Below, in pieces: positions 9,215 through 19,729 of a stretch of DNA of 64,000 nt (the first letter of the stretch is position 1; the number at the start of each line of letters is the position of its first letter). The stretch comes from an uncultured virus (IMG/VR IMGVR_UViG_3300018080_000168) (Duplodnaviria > Heunggongvirae > Uroviricota > Caudoviricetes). Under the pieces are notes generated by a model. It was not told where the DNA came from. It saw only the letters and a program-made list of their open reading frames with translations, and made no database searches. A program made the translations under genes and the position numbers. The stretch lies in IMG/VR virus record IMGVR_UViG_3300018080_000168; one strand, given 5' to 3'.

Positions 9215-10311
9215 TACCTTTGGGTACTAACGACTCCTTTGACAAGCCTCGAAAAACCCAGAAGGTAACTTCTGTTACACCTGTAGAGGTACTTCAATAT
9301 AGAGATATGCTTGGCAATTTGCCAAGACGAAAGAAATACTCTAATAAAGTTACAGGTGTTCAAGACAAAAAAATCATAGGACAAAGATTTGAGGCTACTC
9401 AAGACAGAATGAAGGCTATTGGATTATATTTGCAATATGATTTTAGGTCGACAGGATTGAGGGAAGTTTCAGGAGTCTTGATGGTGAAGGTTTACAATTG
9501 GAACGGAGGAGCTCCGACTGCAATGAATTTGCCAAGTGGCAAATCTGCTGAAGTTGAAATAGATTTGTCAAGTGTAAAGAACTTGGATGAAACTATTTTT
9601 GAATTAGAGGAAGAACTGCCATTGGCTATTGGCAATGAATACTATTTTACTGTTGTGCAGACAGAGAACTTCAAGGAGAATAATGCAGTAGTGATTTCTA
9701 CATCTGCAAAAGTCTTTGATGGTACTGTTTTGCAGGGTGGGCTGTACACACTCGATTATTCAACAGGGCTTACAGCCCTTTTCGACCCAGAAACTGATTT
9801 AGTGTTTCAGGTTTATGTAAGTATAACAGAACTTGCCATTGAACTTGTTGGGGTTAAAGGAAAATCCTTGAGCGATATTTTCGATGCTCTTGCTACTGGC
9901 TTAACACATCCGTACTATTCAGAATATGGTGTAGCAGATTTCCAAAAACCATATTCTGACCATATTCAAGTAGTATTGGACCCAACCAATGCTAATGTTG
10001 ATGGAAATATTTTTGCCATTGTTTGGAGTGCTGCTGCTGATGTAGTAGTTGATTTGACTGCATTCGTATATCCGAGTATAGTTCCGCCTATTGACTTTGC
10101 AATAATTAGGACTACAGAAAGAGTACGAATAGATTGGGGTGAAACAGCTGATGCATTAAATTGCGGAAGCAAATATCGTTTGCTTGAAGAAGGGGATACA
10201 ATCATAATTCCTGAATTCATTGATAAATTTGCTTTCAGATTGCATGCACCAGGAGATACATCACCTACAATCTCATTAACCCTTTGGAAGACAGACGCAC
10301 CTGTTCCATAG
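9211..10311 (+). CDS. Beta-sandwich structural (vertex/spike) protein
   Basis: 366-aa beta-rich ORF in the structural operon. Confidence 0.45.
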   Translation: MIPLGTNDSFDKPRKTQKVTSVTPVEVLQYRDMLGNLPRRKKYSNKVTGVQDKKIIGQRFEATQDRMKAIGLYLQYDFRSTGLREVSGVLMVKVYNWNGGAPTAMNLPSGKSAEVEIDLSSVKNLDETIFELEEELPLAIGNEYYFTVVQTENFKENNAVVISTSAKVFDGTVLQGGLYTLDYSTGLTALFDPETDLVFQVYVSITELAIELVGVKGKSLSDIFDALATGLTHPYYSEYGVADFQKPYSDHIQVVLDPTNANVDGNIFAIVWSAAADVVVDLTAFVYPSIVPPIDFAIIRTTERVRIDWGETADALNCGSKYRLLEEGDTIIIPEFIDKFAFRLHAPGDTSPTISLTLWKTDAPVP

Positions 10312-10377
10312 GTTTAATGAAACAGCAAATATAGACGAAAAACCTACCCTAAACGTCTATAAATTACAACTTTGAAA

Positions 10378-13300
10378 ATGCCCAGACTTCCCTTTATTGC
10401 ACCTGGAACATCGAAGAAGACAATTTTCAATGGTCTTACAACAAAGAAGATAGTTGAATATTTGCCTATTTTGTCATGGGTTCATGCTGGTGGTGTTTCA
10501 GCAGTAGTTACTGCAAACCATTTGGGACAAACACCAGTTACATCTGCAGGAACAGCAGAAGGAACAATCACTGATTTACCAAAGAATCGTGCAACATTAT
10601 TAGACAGCTCTACAAAAGAGCCTATTGAAACACCTGGAGGACAAACGGTCTTTGCAAGATTAACAGAGGCTGCTGGTGTTTGGACTTTGAGCTTCTATTA
10701 TTTTTCTGGAGGATTAGAAACAGCATACAATCTTCCAGCTGGTACTTACGATTACTATTATGCTTCCAGAACAAATTTAAAAGTGGTTGCTGATGATTGG
10801 GCTGTACAAAGCATTGGCGGTGGATTGCCAATAGATGCTGATAAATATGCTTCTGACATTATTGTCGACCCAACAGGGATAACAGGAACTCATACAACTC
10901 TCACTGGAGCATTCGCTGCAGCTACTGATGGAGATATAATTTTTGTAAAAGCATCTGATTATACTGCAGAAGGTGCTCTTACAATGGCAAATAATAATAT
11001 ATTGTTATTGTTCTCTGAAAAAGCTATAATACAGCAATTATCTTTGACAGGAAACGATATTACTGTTATCGGTGGAGAGTTTACAAATGTTAGAATTTCA
11101 GGGAACAGGGCTCATTTAGAAAGATTATGGGTTACAACTACAATAAGTATTAATGCAAGCCTTACAAAACTTACAGTTGAAAATTGTAGAGCAAATAATT
11201 TCCAAACTTCTGGAATTTGTAATGTCAGCGAATTGTTTTTCTTTAAAAATAAGATTATTACGAATTGCCAATTACAAAGACAGTTGCCTCCTCCAGAGCC
11301 TATTTTTTCAAAGATTTACATGATTGGTAACGATTTGAACTTGCTTAAAATTGACGGAGAGATTGATGAACATATAGTAATCTCCAATAATACAATAAGC
11401 GGTAATCTTACATTGATTGGTCGGTCTGGTTCTGCTTTTGTAGATGTAATTATTGATGGAAATGATTGCTCTGGAGCATTGAGTGTTCAGGATAGTCTTG
11501 GAGTAACTCCAAAAAATCTGCGAATTTTTGGAAACTATTTTGCTGGTGGCATTACAATGCCAACCAACTATGATGACAGCCAATTCGAATTTGGAAATGA
11601 AACAAAACTTTTACAAAGAATTGCAGGAAATCCCACTGTGCCAATTATGGGAGACACATGGTTTGACACTACAACCAGTAGATTTAAAGGCTACAATGGA
11701 GGAGCTACAGTATTTCTTGACGCAGGTGGTGGTATTGACTCTTATGCAGCTAATATTATTATTGAGCCCACAGGAACTACTGGTACACATACAACTGTTA
11801 CTGCAGGATTTGCAGCTGCATCTGATGGAGACATAATTGTAATAAAAAATTCTGATTATACAGGAGAAGGAATAGTAACTTTGTCTAATAATAAAATTAC
11901 TTTAATTATGGGAGAGGGAGTGCTGTTGGACAGACTCGATATAACATCTGCAAATGATGTAACAGTTATTGGAGGTAATATTGACGATTGGTTGAGGATT
12001 GCTAATGCAGCAAAAGCAAATTATTTCCATATAGAGAGAGTATATGTTACAAATGAAATAGAAATTAGCTCTTTCGGAGCTGAATTTGTAAATATTGAAA
12101 ATTGCAACTTTGATTATCTTTTGTGTAATGGCAGTGCTAATGGAATTTCGAAATTAACAGTGTCTGATAATGTTGTTAGAGATAGAATAGATTTAAATCA
12201 AACTGCTGTAGCAACAAATTATACAAGCATAACAATCAAAAATAATAATCTAATAGGCACTCCAGCTGTTAATGCAATATATCTTCGTGGCCAAGGCATA
12301 GTTGATATATCTGTACTTAACAATACCTGTTTAAGTGCAGCAGGTGCTGGAGAAGGCATAATGATAGCAAATCAAGCAGGAATAGCAAATGATTGGATGA
12401 TAGAAGGTAATAAAATACCAAATTGGCGTATAAGGACATCCTCTATTGGAGTTTCAGTTGATGCAAGAATAGTAAATAATATTTGCAATGGCCTCTTGCT
12501 GTTCGGTTTGAGTACAAATTCACTTGAATATGGAAATGAGACAAAACTTATGCAGAGAATTGTTGGCAATCCTGTAACTCCTATTGCTGGAGACACATGG
12601 TTTGATACTACTGCAACAAGATTTAAAGGTTATAATGGTGCTTCTGTTGTCTTGCTTGATGATACATCGGATATATATGCTGCAGATTTGATTGTCGACC
12701 CATCTGGCAATACTGGCACCCATACAACAATAACATCTGCACTTGCTGCTGCATCTGATGGAGACATAATATTTGTTAAATATGCAAATTATGCTGCAGA
12801 GGGTGCTTTGACTATTGCTAACAATGGAATTACTTTAATCTTGGCAAAACTTACAGTGATATCGAGTATATCAATACAGGGAAATTATTGCACAATAATA
12901 GGAGGAGGAACAGCTAATATTAGTAGCAACGGTTATAACCATATCGAGTTATTGAGAGCACCTATTGGAACTCTCGATTTGGATAATTGCACTGATGTTA
13001 CAGTAACTGATTGCCAAATTGGAAATATCGATATACTCAACTGTAATAGGATTAGTCTAATCGGCAATTACAATACAACAGATTGCATTATAGACACATG
13101 CACTACTGGGCAAATAACTGGTAATTACTTCTCAGGAACTGCTGCATTTGACACACTCGAGTATTTTGCTATTGGAGACAATAATTTTGGTGGTAGCTGT
13201 GATTTAGATGGTCCCATGACAAGTGTTATTTTCACTGACAATATTTCAGTTGGAGGAACACTGAATATAGATGTTTCTGGCGGTGGAAACAGTGAGTTCA

Positions 13301-13497
13301 GAGTGATTAACAATATATTTGTAATTAGCATAACAGGTTCAATAGATGAATTAACTGAATTATACAATGACAAACAAAATGCCTTTCCTATTCGAACAGC
13401 AGACCCAGGTTCTCCAAGTGAAGGAGATAACTGGTACAACAACAATGATAAGCAATTCAAGGGATATGATGGAACAAACACGGTAATATTGGGGTGA
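10378..13497 (+). CDS. Spike / receptor-binding protein with three tandem parallel beta-helix modules
   Basis: Three copies of YA.D/N.I.D/EP.G.TGTHTT....AAA.DGDII..K...Y..EG and of the linker GD.W.......FKGY.G; N/I/G-rich coils. Confidence 0.8.
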   Translation: MPRLPFIAPGTSKKTIFNGLTTKKIVEYLPILSWVHAGGVSAVVTANHLGQTPVTSAGTAEGTITDLPKNRATLLDSSTKEPIETPGGQTVFARLTEAAGVWTLSFYYFSGGLETAYNLPAGTYDYYYASRTNLKVVADDWAVQSIGGGLPIDADKYASDIIVDPTGITGTHTTLTGAFAAATDGDIIFVKASDYTAEGALTMANNNILLLFSEKAIIQQLSLTGNDITVIGGEFTNVRISGNRAHLERLWVTTTISINASLTKLTVENCRANNFQTSGICNVSELFFFKNKIITNCQLQRQLPPPEPIFSKIYMIGNDLNLLKIDGEIDEHIVISNNTISGNLTLIGRSGSAFVDVIIDGNDCSGALSVQDSLGVTPKNLRIFGNYFAGGITMPTNYDDSQFEFGNETKLLQRIAGNPTVPIMGDTWFDTTTSRFKGYNGGATVFLDAGGGIDSYAANIIIEPTGTTGTHTTVTAGFAAASDGDIIVIKNSDYTGEGIVTLSNNKITLIMGEGVLLDRLDITSANDVTVIGGNIDDWLRIANAAKANYFHIERVYVTNEIEISSFGAEFVNIENCNFDYLLCNGSANGISKLTVSDNVVRDRIDLNQTAVATNYTSITIKNNNLIGTPAVNAIYLRGQGIVDISVLNNTCLSAAGAGEGIMIANQAGIANDWMIEGNKIPNWRIRTSSIGVSVDARIVNNICNGLLLFGLSTNSLEYGNETKLMQRIVGNPVTPIAGDTWFDTTATRFKGYNGASVVLLDDTSDIYAADLIVDPSGNTGTHTTITSALAAASDGDIIFVKYANYAAEGALTIANNGITLILAKLTVISSISIQGNYCTIIGGGTANISSNGYNHIELLRAPIGTLDLDNCTDVTVTDCQIGNIDILNCNRISLIGNYNTTDCIIDTCTTGQITGNYFSGTAAFDTLEYFAIGDNNFGGSCDLDGPMTSVIFTDNISVGGTLNIDVSGGGNSEFRVINNIFVISITGSIDELTELYNDKQNAFPIRTADPGSPSEGDNWYNNNDKQFKGYDGTNTVILG

Positions 13498-13501
13498 TAA
13501 A

Positions 13502-14842
13502 ATGGGAACAAATTGGGAAGTAGATAATACAGGAACACTCGTCAAGGGCACTGTTCCTACAACCAGATTATCTGGGAATGTTTCAGGACTTGTTGTAGTT
13601 GGCCAAGATGGTACTGCTGATGAAAATTTTACTTGCGACGGAACTGCTGATAATATACAAATCCAAGCTGCTCTCAATACAGGAAACAGTGTTTTAGTAA
13701 AACATGGAATCTATGAACTTAATTCAAATTTAAGTTTTTCAGCAGCAGGACAGATGATTATTGGTGAAGGAAGAGACCTTACAATATTGGAAAACAAAAC
13801 GGCAGGAGGCACTTGTATTACTGTCAACCAAGCTCGATGTACTATTTTGGATATTACTTTTCGTACGAAGACTGGCAGCAGTGGTGATACTTCTGCTATT
13901 GCTACTGCGGGTGGTGCAGCCGATTTGAACATAACAAGAGTCAGAATATATGATTTCGGAGGTTATGGTTTGCGTATGGGTGGAGGAGGACACATAACAT
14001 TATACGATTGCATTATCCAAGGAAATGACCTAAATACTGGAACAAAAGGGGAGGTTAGAGTAAACACTTATCCAGCAGAATTAATTGACTGCAGAATAGG
14101 AGACAGTACGACAGTAGGAGTTTCTGTAGAAAATTCCAAATGCTCTATACAGGGAAGCTTCGTGAATGGAGATATAGTGATTGATAGAAGTAACCAAACA
14201 AGAATAGAGAATAATCTAATTATCGGAGATATAGTATTGGATGACAGTATTTCTGCTGTAAAACAAACAATAATAACTGGAAATGATATCGATGGAAGCA
14301 TAACTGCAACTGGCAGCAATGGCATTCAAGGCATTATATCCAATAATACAATAACAACAAATATAGCACTTAATGTTGCAGGGTGTCTTGATTGGACAAT
14401 AATTGGGAACTATATGAACAGTGGAAGTATTTCTGTAAGAGGAGATTATTGTACTATACAAGGAAACCACTATGTTGGTTCAATAACAACTCGAAATGAT
14501 TATATTGCAATAATAGGAAACTCATTTGATACATCATCAGCAGCAACAATAACTTTAACATCTGGTTCAACTACAAGAAGCAGTGTAATCGGAAATACAG
14601 GTCTAAAAACTATTAATTCTGGCAGTAATCAAAACACCATCCATGGAAATACTTTTGTTTCTGGCGGTGGTGGGAATATCAACTTGACAAGTGCAGACTA
14701 TAATTCTGTTATTGGAAATACTTTGAGTGGTGGGAACATTAATTTAGATGCAAGTTCCCAAAGCAATACAGTTATTGGAAATACTAATTCAACAATAAAT
14801 AATCTTGGTGGTGGGACTAACCAAATAGCAAATAATACATAA
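13502..14842 (+). CDS. Parallel beta-helix (pectin-lyase-fold) spike protein
   Basis: DGTADNIQIQAALN..VLVKHGIY cap; repeated IIGN/ITGN coils. Confidence 0.8.
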   Translation: MGTNWEVDNTGTLVKGTVPTTRLSGNVSGLVVVGQDGTADENFTCDGTADNIQIQAALNTGNSVLVKHGIYELNSNLSFSAAGQMIIGEGRDLTILENKTAGGTCITVNQARCTILDITFRTKTGSSGDTSAIATAGGAADLNITRVRIYDFGGYGLRMGGGGHITLYDCIIQGNDLNTGTKGEVRVNTYPAELIDCRIGDSTTVGVSVENSKCSIQGSFVNGDIVIDRSNQTRIENNLIIGDIVLDDSISAVKQTIITGNDIDGSITATGSNGIQGIISNNTITTNIALNVAGCLDWTIIGNYMNSGSISVRGDYCTIQGNHYVGSITTRNDYIAIIGNSFDTSSAATITLTSGSTTRSSVIGNTGLKTINSGSNQNTIHGNTFVSGGGGNINLTSADYNSVIGNTLSGGNINLDASSQSNTVIGNTNSTINNLGGGTNQIANNT

Positions 14843-14851
14843 GGTGATTAA

Positions 14852-15523
14852 TTGGCAGAAACAGAAGAAAGAAGATTGGCTGTGCCAATACAGCAAGAAC
14901 GATTTACTGTAGTTGGTACTCTTGGAGAGCAGTTCATATTCACTGGTCCTCCTGCTCATTATCCAAATGGAATAATAGAAGTTTCTTTAAGAGAAGAGCA
15001 AAAAATAGACAAATGGATTGATGTGCCATTAGAAAGATGGCTCCAAGTTGATGAAACACATGTTGCATTGGTTTCAGATTTTCGTTTGCCTACTGGTTCA
15101 GTGCTGAAGATAACATATCTTTCTCCATCGGCAAGTGGCGGTGTAGTTGCTGTTCCTCCAAATGGCTCTCCACCATTAGAAGGAGATTTCCCTGTACCAC
15201 CAAGCTCTACAGCCTATACCACTGTTGTTGCTACTGATATTCAATCAACTTTGGCAACTTTAGAAGCATTATATGTGCATATAGACCCAGCTGTTGGAGC
15301 AGACTTAATTCTCGAATATTTTGATGAAAGTGAAGGTTGGATTCCATTTGATAAAGTGGAGAGAACCTCTGCAGAGTGGGGAGATACAGCAGCTGTTTAC
15401 CAACCCTATCCAGCTTTGAAAATGTTTGGAACAAGCAATGTTTTCCGATTTGGAATAAAGAATAATGATACTGTTCAAACAATCGATGTTTACTATAAAC
15501 TAATTATGGGAAGAGTGGTATAA
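14852..15523 (+). CDS. Structural protein, beta-rich
   Basis: 223-aa ORF, GGTGA RBS, TTG start. Confidence 0.5.
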   Translation: MAETEERRLAVPIQQERFTVVGTLGEQFIFTGPPAHYPNGIIEVSLREEQKIDKWIDVPLERWLQVDETHVALVSDFRLPTGSVLKITYLSPSASGGVVAVPPNGSPPLEGDFPVPPSSTAYTTVVATDIQSTLATLEALYVHIDPAVGADLILEYFDESEGWIPFDKVERTSAEWGDTAAVYQPYPALKMFGTSNVFRFGIKNNDTVQTIDVYYKLIMGRVV

Positions 15524-16942
15524 ATGACGATATATCCTCTCCGTGAGCCAGATTTAACAGGTCTCGATTGGCAAGAAGATGTAATATGCCAAGTCGATTT
15601 TGCTACTGCAGAACCTGCTGGTCCTACTGCTGGGGATAGATACATAAACACTGTAACAGGAAATTCTTCAATTACCGCACAGCCAGTAACAGCTGATTAT
15701 ATCTACGAATGGAATGGTTCATATTGGCTTGAAACTGTACCAGACCTTGCAACAGCTGTCTTTGAACAGTGTTCTGGAACTTTTTTGTTTTATAACGGAG
15801 CAGCATGGGTTCCATTTGGCTCTGGTGTTGCTCATAACTCACTTTCTGGATTGGATGGTGGCCAAGCAGTACCATCAGAATATTACCATTGGATTGGAAG
15901 TGAATATGTTGATAGATTCTTAAGAGATGGCTCAATAGCAATGACAGGCGATTTAGATGTTGGACAAAACGACATAATCAGAACAAAATATGAATGGCAA
16001 AAGCCTGTTAAAGATAGGATACATAACTATACACCAGGAGCTTTCCCACCACCAACTGTTGGTGATAGATACATTATACCATCATGGTATGCTGGAGGAG
16101 GTGCTTGGGCTGGACATCAAAATGAAATAGTCGAATGGCAAGGAGCTTGGGAATACACTACACCAACTGAAGGAATGGCTCTTTGGGACAAAAGCAAAAA
16201 TGAATTAGTTTGGTGGAATGGCTCTGCATGGATAAAAATACCAGAATATGAAACATTTGATTGGCAAAAACCAGTAAAATCGTGCTTTCTCGGAATTCCT
16301 CCTGGAGCACCCTCATTAGGAGATAGATATCTTGTACCAGTTGGTGCAGGAGGAGCATGGACAGGACATGATACTGAAATTGCAGTTTGGGAGATAACAG
16401 AAGTTGGAGCGATATCAGTCGTTTATAATTGGGTATTTTATACACCAAGTGTCGGTTGGGCTGTCTTTTGTCCTGCAAATCCTCCTTCACAGCCAATGAA
16501 TTATTTCTATTATTTTGATGGCACAAACTGGAAAAGATGGGAAGCCTTTCCATTAACATTTACTTCAAGTGCTCTTACTGAAACACAATATAGTGGAACA
16601 ACAAATTGGCAAACAAAAACTGCTGATGGAATTCCTAATCCAAATGGAGACTATATTGTATTCTTTTCCTGCCAATTTGGTGGCAGTAGTAAAGTAACAG
16701 AATTCGATTTGAGAATTTGGGATGCATATACCAGTACTGAATTATTATTGCACCAAATGGTGCCATCTTCGCCATTCAATATCGGACCTGGCTCACACTA
16801 TCCAATAATAGCAGCACAAATTCCTGTCTTCGGTCTTTCGCATGCTGGTCTGCATAATTTTGAATTGCAATTTAGAACGAATACAAGTACCAAAACTGTT
16901 GCAATCAAAAATGCAAGAATGATAATATGGAGGATTGGATAA
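15524..16942 (+). CDS. Fibre protein with three DUF2793-like repeats
   Basis: Three WQ..V...P..GDRY(I/L)...W....P modules. Confidence 0.65.
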   Translation: MTIYPLREPDLTGLDWQEDVICQVDFATAEPAGPTAGDRYINTVTGNSSITAQPVTADYIYEWNGSYWLETVPDLATAVFEQCSGTFLFYNGAAWVPFGSGVAHNSLSGLDGGQAVPSEYYHWIGSEYVDRFLRDGSIAMTGDLDVGQNDIIRTKYEWQKPVKDRIHNYTPGAFPPPTVGDRYIIPSWYAGGGAWAGHQNEIVEWQGAWEYTTPTEGMALWDKSKNELVWWNGSAWIKIPEYETFDWQKPVKSCFLGIPPGAPSLGDRYLVPVGAGGAWTGHDTEIAVWEITEVGAISVVYNWVFYTPSVGWAVFCPANPPSQPMNYFYYFDGTNWKRWEAFPLTFTSSALTETQYSGTTNWQTKTADGIPNPNGDYIVFFSCQFGGSSKVTEFDLRIWDAYTSTELLLHQMVPSSPFNIGPGSHYPIIAAQIPVFGLSHAGLHNFELQFRTNTSTKTVAIKNARMIIWRIG

Positions 16943-18378
16943 TGGCTGGACAATATGGTTACTTAAAAACACCTGTAAATATTCCTAAATTAGAATTAGA
17001 GATTATCGCACAATCATTTTCCCAAACTTTAACATATATCCAATGGACAGACCCATCATTAACCATACAATTTTCAGGAGACTTGACTCCAACAGAAGTT
17101 ACTACATTGGATACTGTTGTAGCAAATCACGATGGACTTCCTTTGACCGAATACGATTACTTCTGTAAGAATTGTGCATATAATTGGCAAGACAGAAATA
17201 TCAATCCGCCTACAAGCTGTCCAATATGCAGCAGTACAGAAATAATCACACAATCATCTATACCTACAGATGGAATTATCGTCATAAAAGAATTCAATGG
17301 TTCAGGCACATCTGGTCGTGTAAAAGACCCAGGAAGTGAAACTGGAAAATATCTCAAAGATGATGGCACATGGGGAGACCCACCAGGAAACCCACCTCCT
17401 GTTACAACTGTATTCACCAGAACTGGTGATGTAGTTGCCCAAACAAGTGATTATGATGCAGAACAAATTGACAATACACCAGCTGGTAATATTTCAGCTA
17501 CAAATGTACAAGATGCTATCGATGAGTTAGATGATGAGAAATTGAACATTGATGGCACAAAAGCAATGACTGGCAATCTTGATTTCGATGATAGTTACAA
17601 GCCAATAAATATCACAGAGCCAACAGAACCAGACCAAGCGGCAACAAGAAACTATGTTATAGGCAATAGTGGTATTCCAAAAGTAAAAGACAAAGATTTA
17701 ACAATACCGCCATTGGGAACAAATTGGGAATTATACATTGTTGGAGTAGGTGCAAGTAGCCTATGGTCAGGACATGATAACGAACTTGCATATTACAAAA
17801 ATGGTTGGCACTTCTTTACACCTTATGAGGGAATGACTGTTTATGTTGCAGATGAAGATAGATATTACTTTTGGACAGGCTCTACATGGACAATCATTAA
17901 TTTAACTTATTTTGGTTCTGGGAGTGCTACAGATGGTCAAATCCCCAAAGCAGATGGCTCTGGTGGCATTGCTTGGGAAGATGAAGGTGGAAGCAAAGGT
18001 ATAATACCATTCCCTTTACATTGCAGTGGTGGTGCAGGATATTCTGCAGAACAGACCATATATATTGGTCCGCCAGGAGTTTTTGCAGCTGTAGCATCTG
18101 CTCTCACAAGATTTCCAGCTGGTACAATAAAGAGAATAACTGCAAGAATTACAACCAATACTACAGATACAAACAGTACAATCAAAGTTTATGTAAATAG
18201 TGCAGCACAAGGAACAGGTCTTACATTTGCTTCAGCAGAAACAGGCCAAAAAACTCAAACGGAGAACATAACTATATCAGATGGCGACAATGTTTGTGCT
18301 CAAGTCGTTATAGGAACAGGAGGTCCGCAAGATGGTATATACATTAAGGAAATTACCATTGAATATGAACCAGCATGA
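16942..18378 (+). CDS. Fibre protein with a Zn ribbon, a DUF2793-like module and a C-terminal beta domain
   Basis: CKNC..CPIC; ATNVQDAIDEL; YIVGVGASSLWSGHDNELAYY..GWHFFTPYEG. Confidence 0.65.
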   Translation: MAGQYGYLKTPVNIPKLELEIIAQSFSQTLTYIQWTDPSLTIQFSGDLTPTEVTTLDTVVANHDGLPLTEYDYFCKNCAYNWQDRNINPPTSCPICSSTEIITQSSIPTDGIIVIKEFNGSGTSGRVKDPGSETGKYLKDDGTWGDPPGNPPPVTTVFTRTGDVVAQTSDYDAEQIDNTPAGNISATNVQDAIDELDDEKLNIDGTKAMTGNLDFDDSYKPINITEPTEPDQAATRNYVIGNSGIPKVKDKDLTIPPLGTNWELYIVGVGASSLWSGHDNELAYYKNGWHFFTPYEGMTVYVADEDRYYFWTGSTWTIINLTYFGSGSATDGQIPKADGSGGIAWEDEGGSKGIIPFPLHCSGGAGYSAEQTIYIGPPGVFAAVASALTRFPAGTIKRITARITTNTTDTNSTIKVYVNSAAQGTGLTFASAETGQKTQTENITISDGDNVCAQVVIGTGGPQDGIYIKEITIEYEPA

Positions 18379-18387
18379 GGTGTCTAA

Positions 18388-18498
18388 ATGTACAAAGTAA
18401 AATGCTTGACAATGAATATGGTAAAATTCTTCGAAGAATGTCCATCAACTTGTCCAATAGATGGTTGCGAGAATTTCACTTGTGAGGAGGAACACTAA
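18388..18498 (+). CDS. 36-aa Cys-rich peptide (not in the ORF track)
   Basis: MYKVKCLTMNMVKFFEECPSTCPIDGCENFTCEEEH; GAGGTG RBS; stop overlaps the next ATG. Confidence 0.55.
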   Translation: MYKVKCLTMNMVKFFEECPSTCPIDGCENFTCEEEH

Positions 18499-18833
18499 TG
18501 CCATCTACTGAAGACATGATTTATGATGCAGTCATGGAAGTCAGAGACGATGTAAAAGAAATGAAGAATTGCCTAACCAATGTAAAATTAGATGTAAAAG
18601 GTTTGCAAGGTGAAGTAAGCGTCGTTAAAGATGATGTTTCAGATTTGGAAAAAAGTTTCGATAGACATTTGAGAGATTTCGACAATCACAAAAACAATCC
18701 TAATATGCATTACAAAGACAATTACCAAGAAACATTTCGTGGTAGAATTAAACGTCATAAAGGCGAAATAAGTGTCAATAGCATAATTTCAGCAGTAATC
18801 TACTTATTGCTGGACATCATTAATATAGTATAG
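18498..18833 (+). CDS. Coiled-coil protein with a C-terminal hydrophobic anchor
   Basis: Heptad pattern and hydrophobic C-terminus. Confidence 0.6.
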   Translation: MPSTEDMIYDAVMEVRDDVKEMKNCLTNVKLDVKGLQGEVSVVKDDVSDLEKSFDRHLRDFDNHKNNPNMHYKDNYQETFRGRIKRHKGEISVNSIISAVIYLLLDIINIV

Positions 18834-18843
18834 AGGTGATAAA

Positions 18844-19275
18844 ATGTTACCAACAAAAGAAGCTCTGAAGGAAATGAAATACAAAGAACTCCAAGCAGCT
18901 GCAGAAGTAATGGAAAAGGAACTCGGAATTGAACTCCAAAGAAATGCAAAAAAAGTGGACCTATTAGACGAATGTCTTAATGCACTGCCGAAGGAGCCAG
19001 AAGTTGCAGTTGCTACAGATGTGCCAAAGACTGCAGATGTAAAGCCTGTAAAGGAAATGCCAGATACACCACTTCCTCCTGAGAAAGTCCAAAAACACCC
19101 AAAGAAACCTATCAATGTGAAGGTTGTCATGGGTGAAATCAGGAACAGGATTAGAGGGCAGCCAATGTCTGGAAGCAGACATTACCAAGCACAAGTCAAA
19201 GCAGAAGTTCTTAAGAGTATGGGCATAACAGAAGCTGAATTTAAGGAAGCTGTCAAATCAGAAAAAGGAAAGTGA
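18844..19275 (+). CDS. Hypothetical protein with an N-terminal helix-extension-helix-like domain
   Basis: LKEMKYKELQAAA...NAKKVDLL; GAGGTGA RBS. Confidence 0.5.
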   Translation: MLPTKEALKEMKYKELQAAAEVMEKELGIELQRNAKKVDLLDECLNALPKEPEVAVATDVPKTADVKPVKEMPDTPLPPEKVQKHPKKPINVKVVMGEIRNRIRGQPMSGSRHYQAQVKAEVLKSMGITEAEFKEAVKSEKGK

Positions 19276-19279
19276 TTGA

Positions 19280-19729
19280 ATGAGCAAACCAGCCAAATCT
19301 TTAGGAGCTGTAATCCTACTTATAGGCTTGGCAGTAATAGCAACAAGTACTGAAACCAATGTAATTATTGGTGGAGCTGTAATATCTCTAATAGGTCTTG
19401 TTACAATCGTCTTTGAAGAAAATATTGAAAAGAAGATTGGCAAAGAGGCCATGCAAGAAATTGCTGAAACAATAGAAGAAAATAAAGAGCAAATTGTTGA
19501 TATTGCTGAAAAATCTCTCGAAGGCAAAACAGACGAAGCAAAAGAAGAAGCAAAAGAGTTGATTGTTGAAAATGTTAAAGAAAAAATCAATGAAAAACTC
19601 GATGAAAAGTCTGAAAATTCCGAATCTGAAGAAAAAGAAGGAAAAGTTGAAGAAAAGGAAAAAGAAGAAGAAAAGCCTAAAGACGAGGGAGAGAAGCCTG
19701 GTAAGAAGGAAAAAAGCAAAAAAGACTGA
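19280..19729 (+). CDS. Membrane protein with two TM helices and a charged tail
   Basis: Two N-terminal hydrophobic helices; E/K-rich tail; last gene of the operon. Confidence 0.6.
   Translation: MSKPAKSLGAVILLIGLAVIATSTETNVIIGGAVISLIGLVTIVFEENIEKKIGKEAMQEIAETIEENKEQIVDIAEKSLEGKTDEAKEEAKELIVENVKEKINEKLDEKSENSESEEKEGKVEEKEKEEEKPKDEGEKPGKKEKSKKD

Noticed and set aside
10378..13497. Diversity-generating retroelement acting on the spike repeats
   Set aside because: No reverse transcriptase seen; repeats are in-frame protein modules without evident adenine-specific differences
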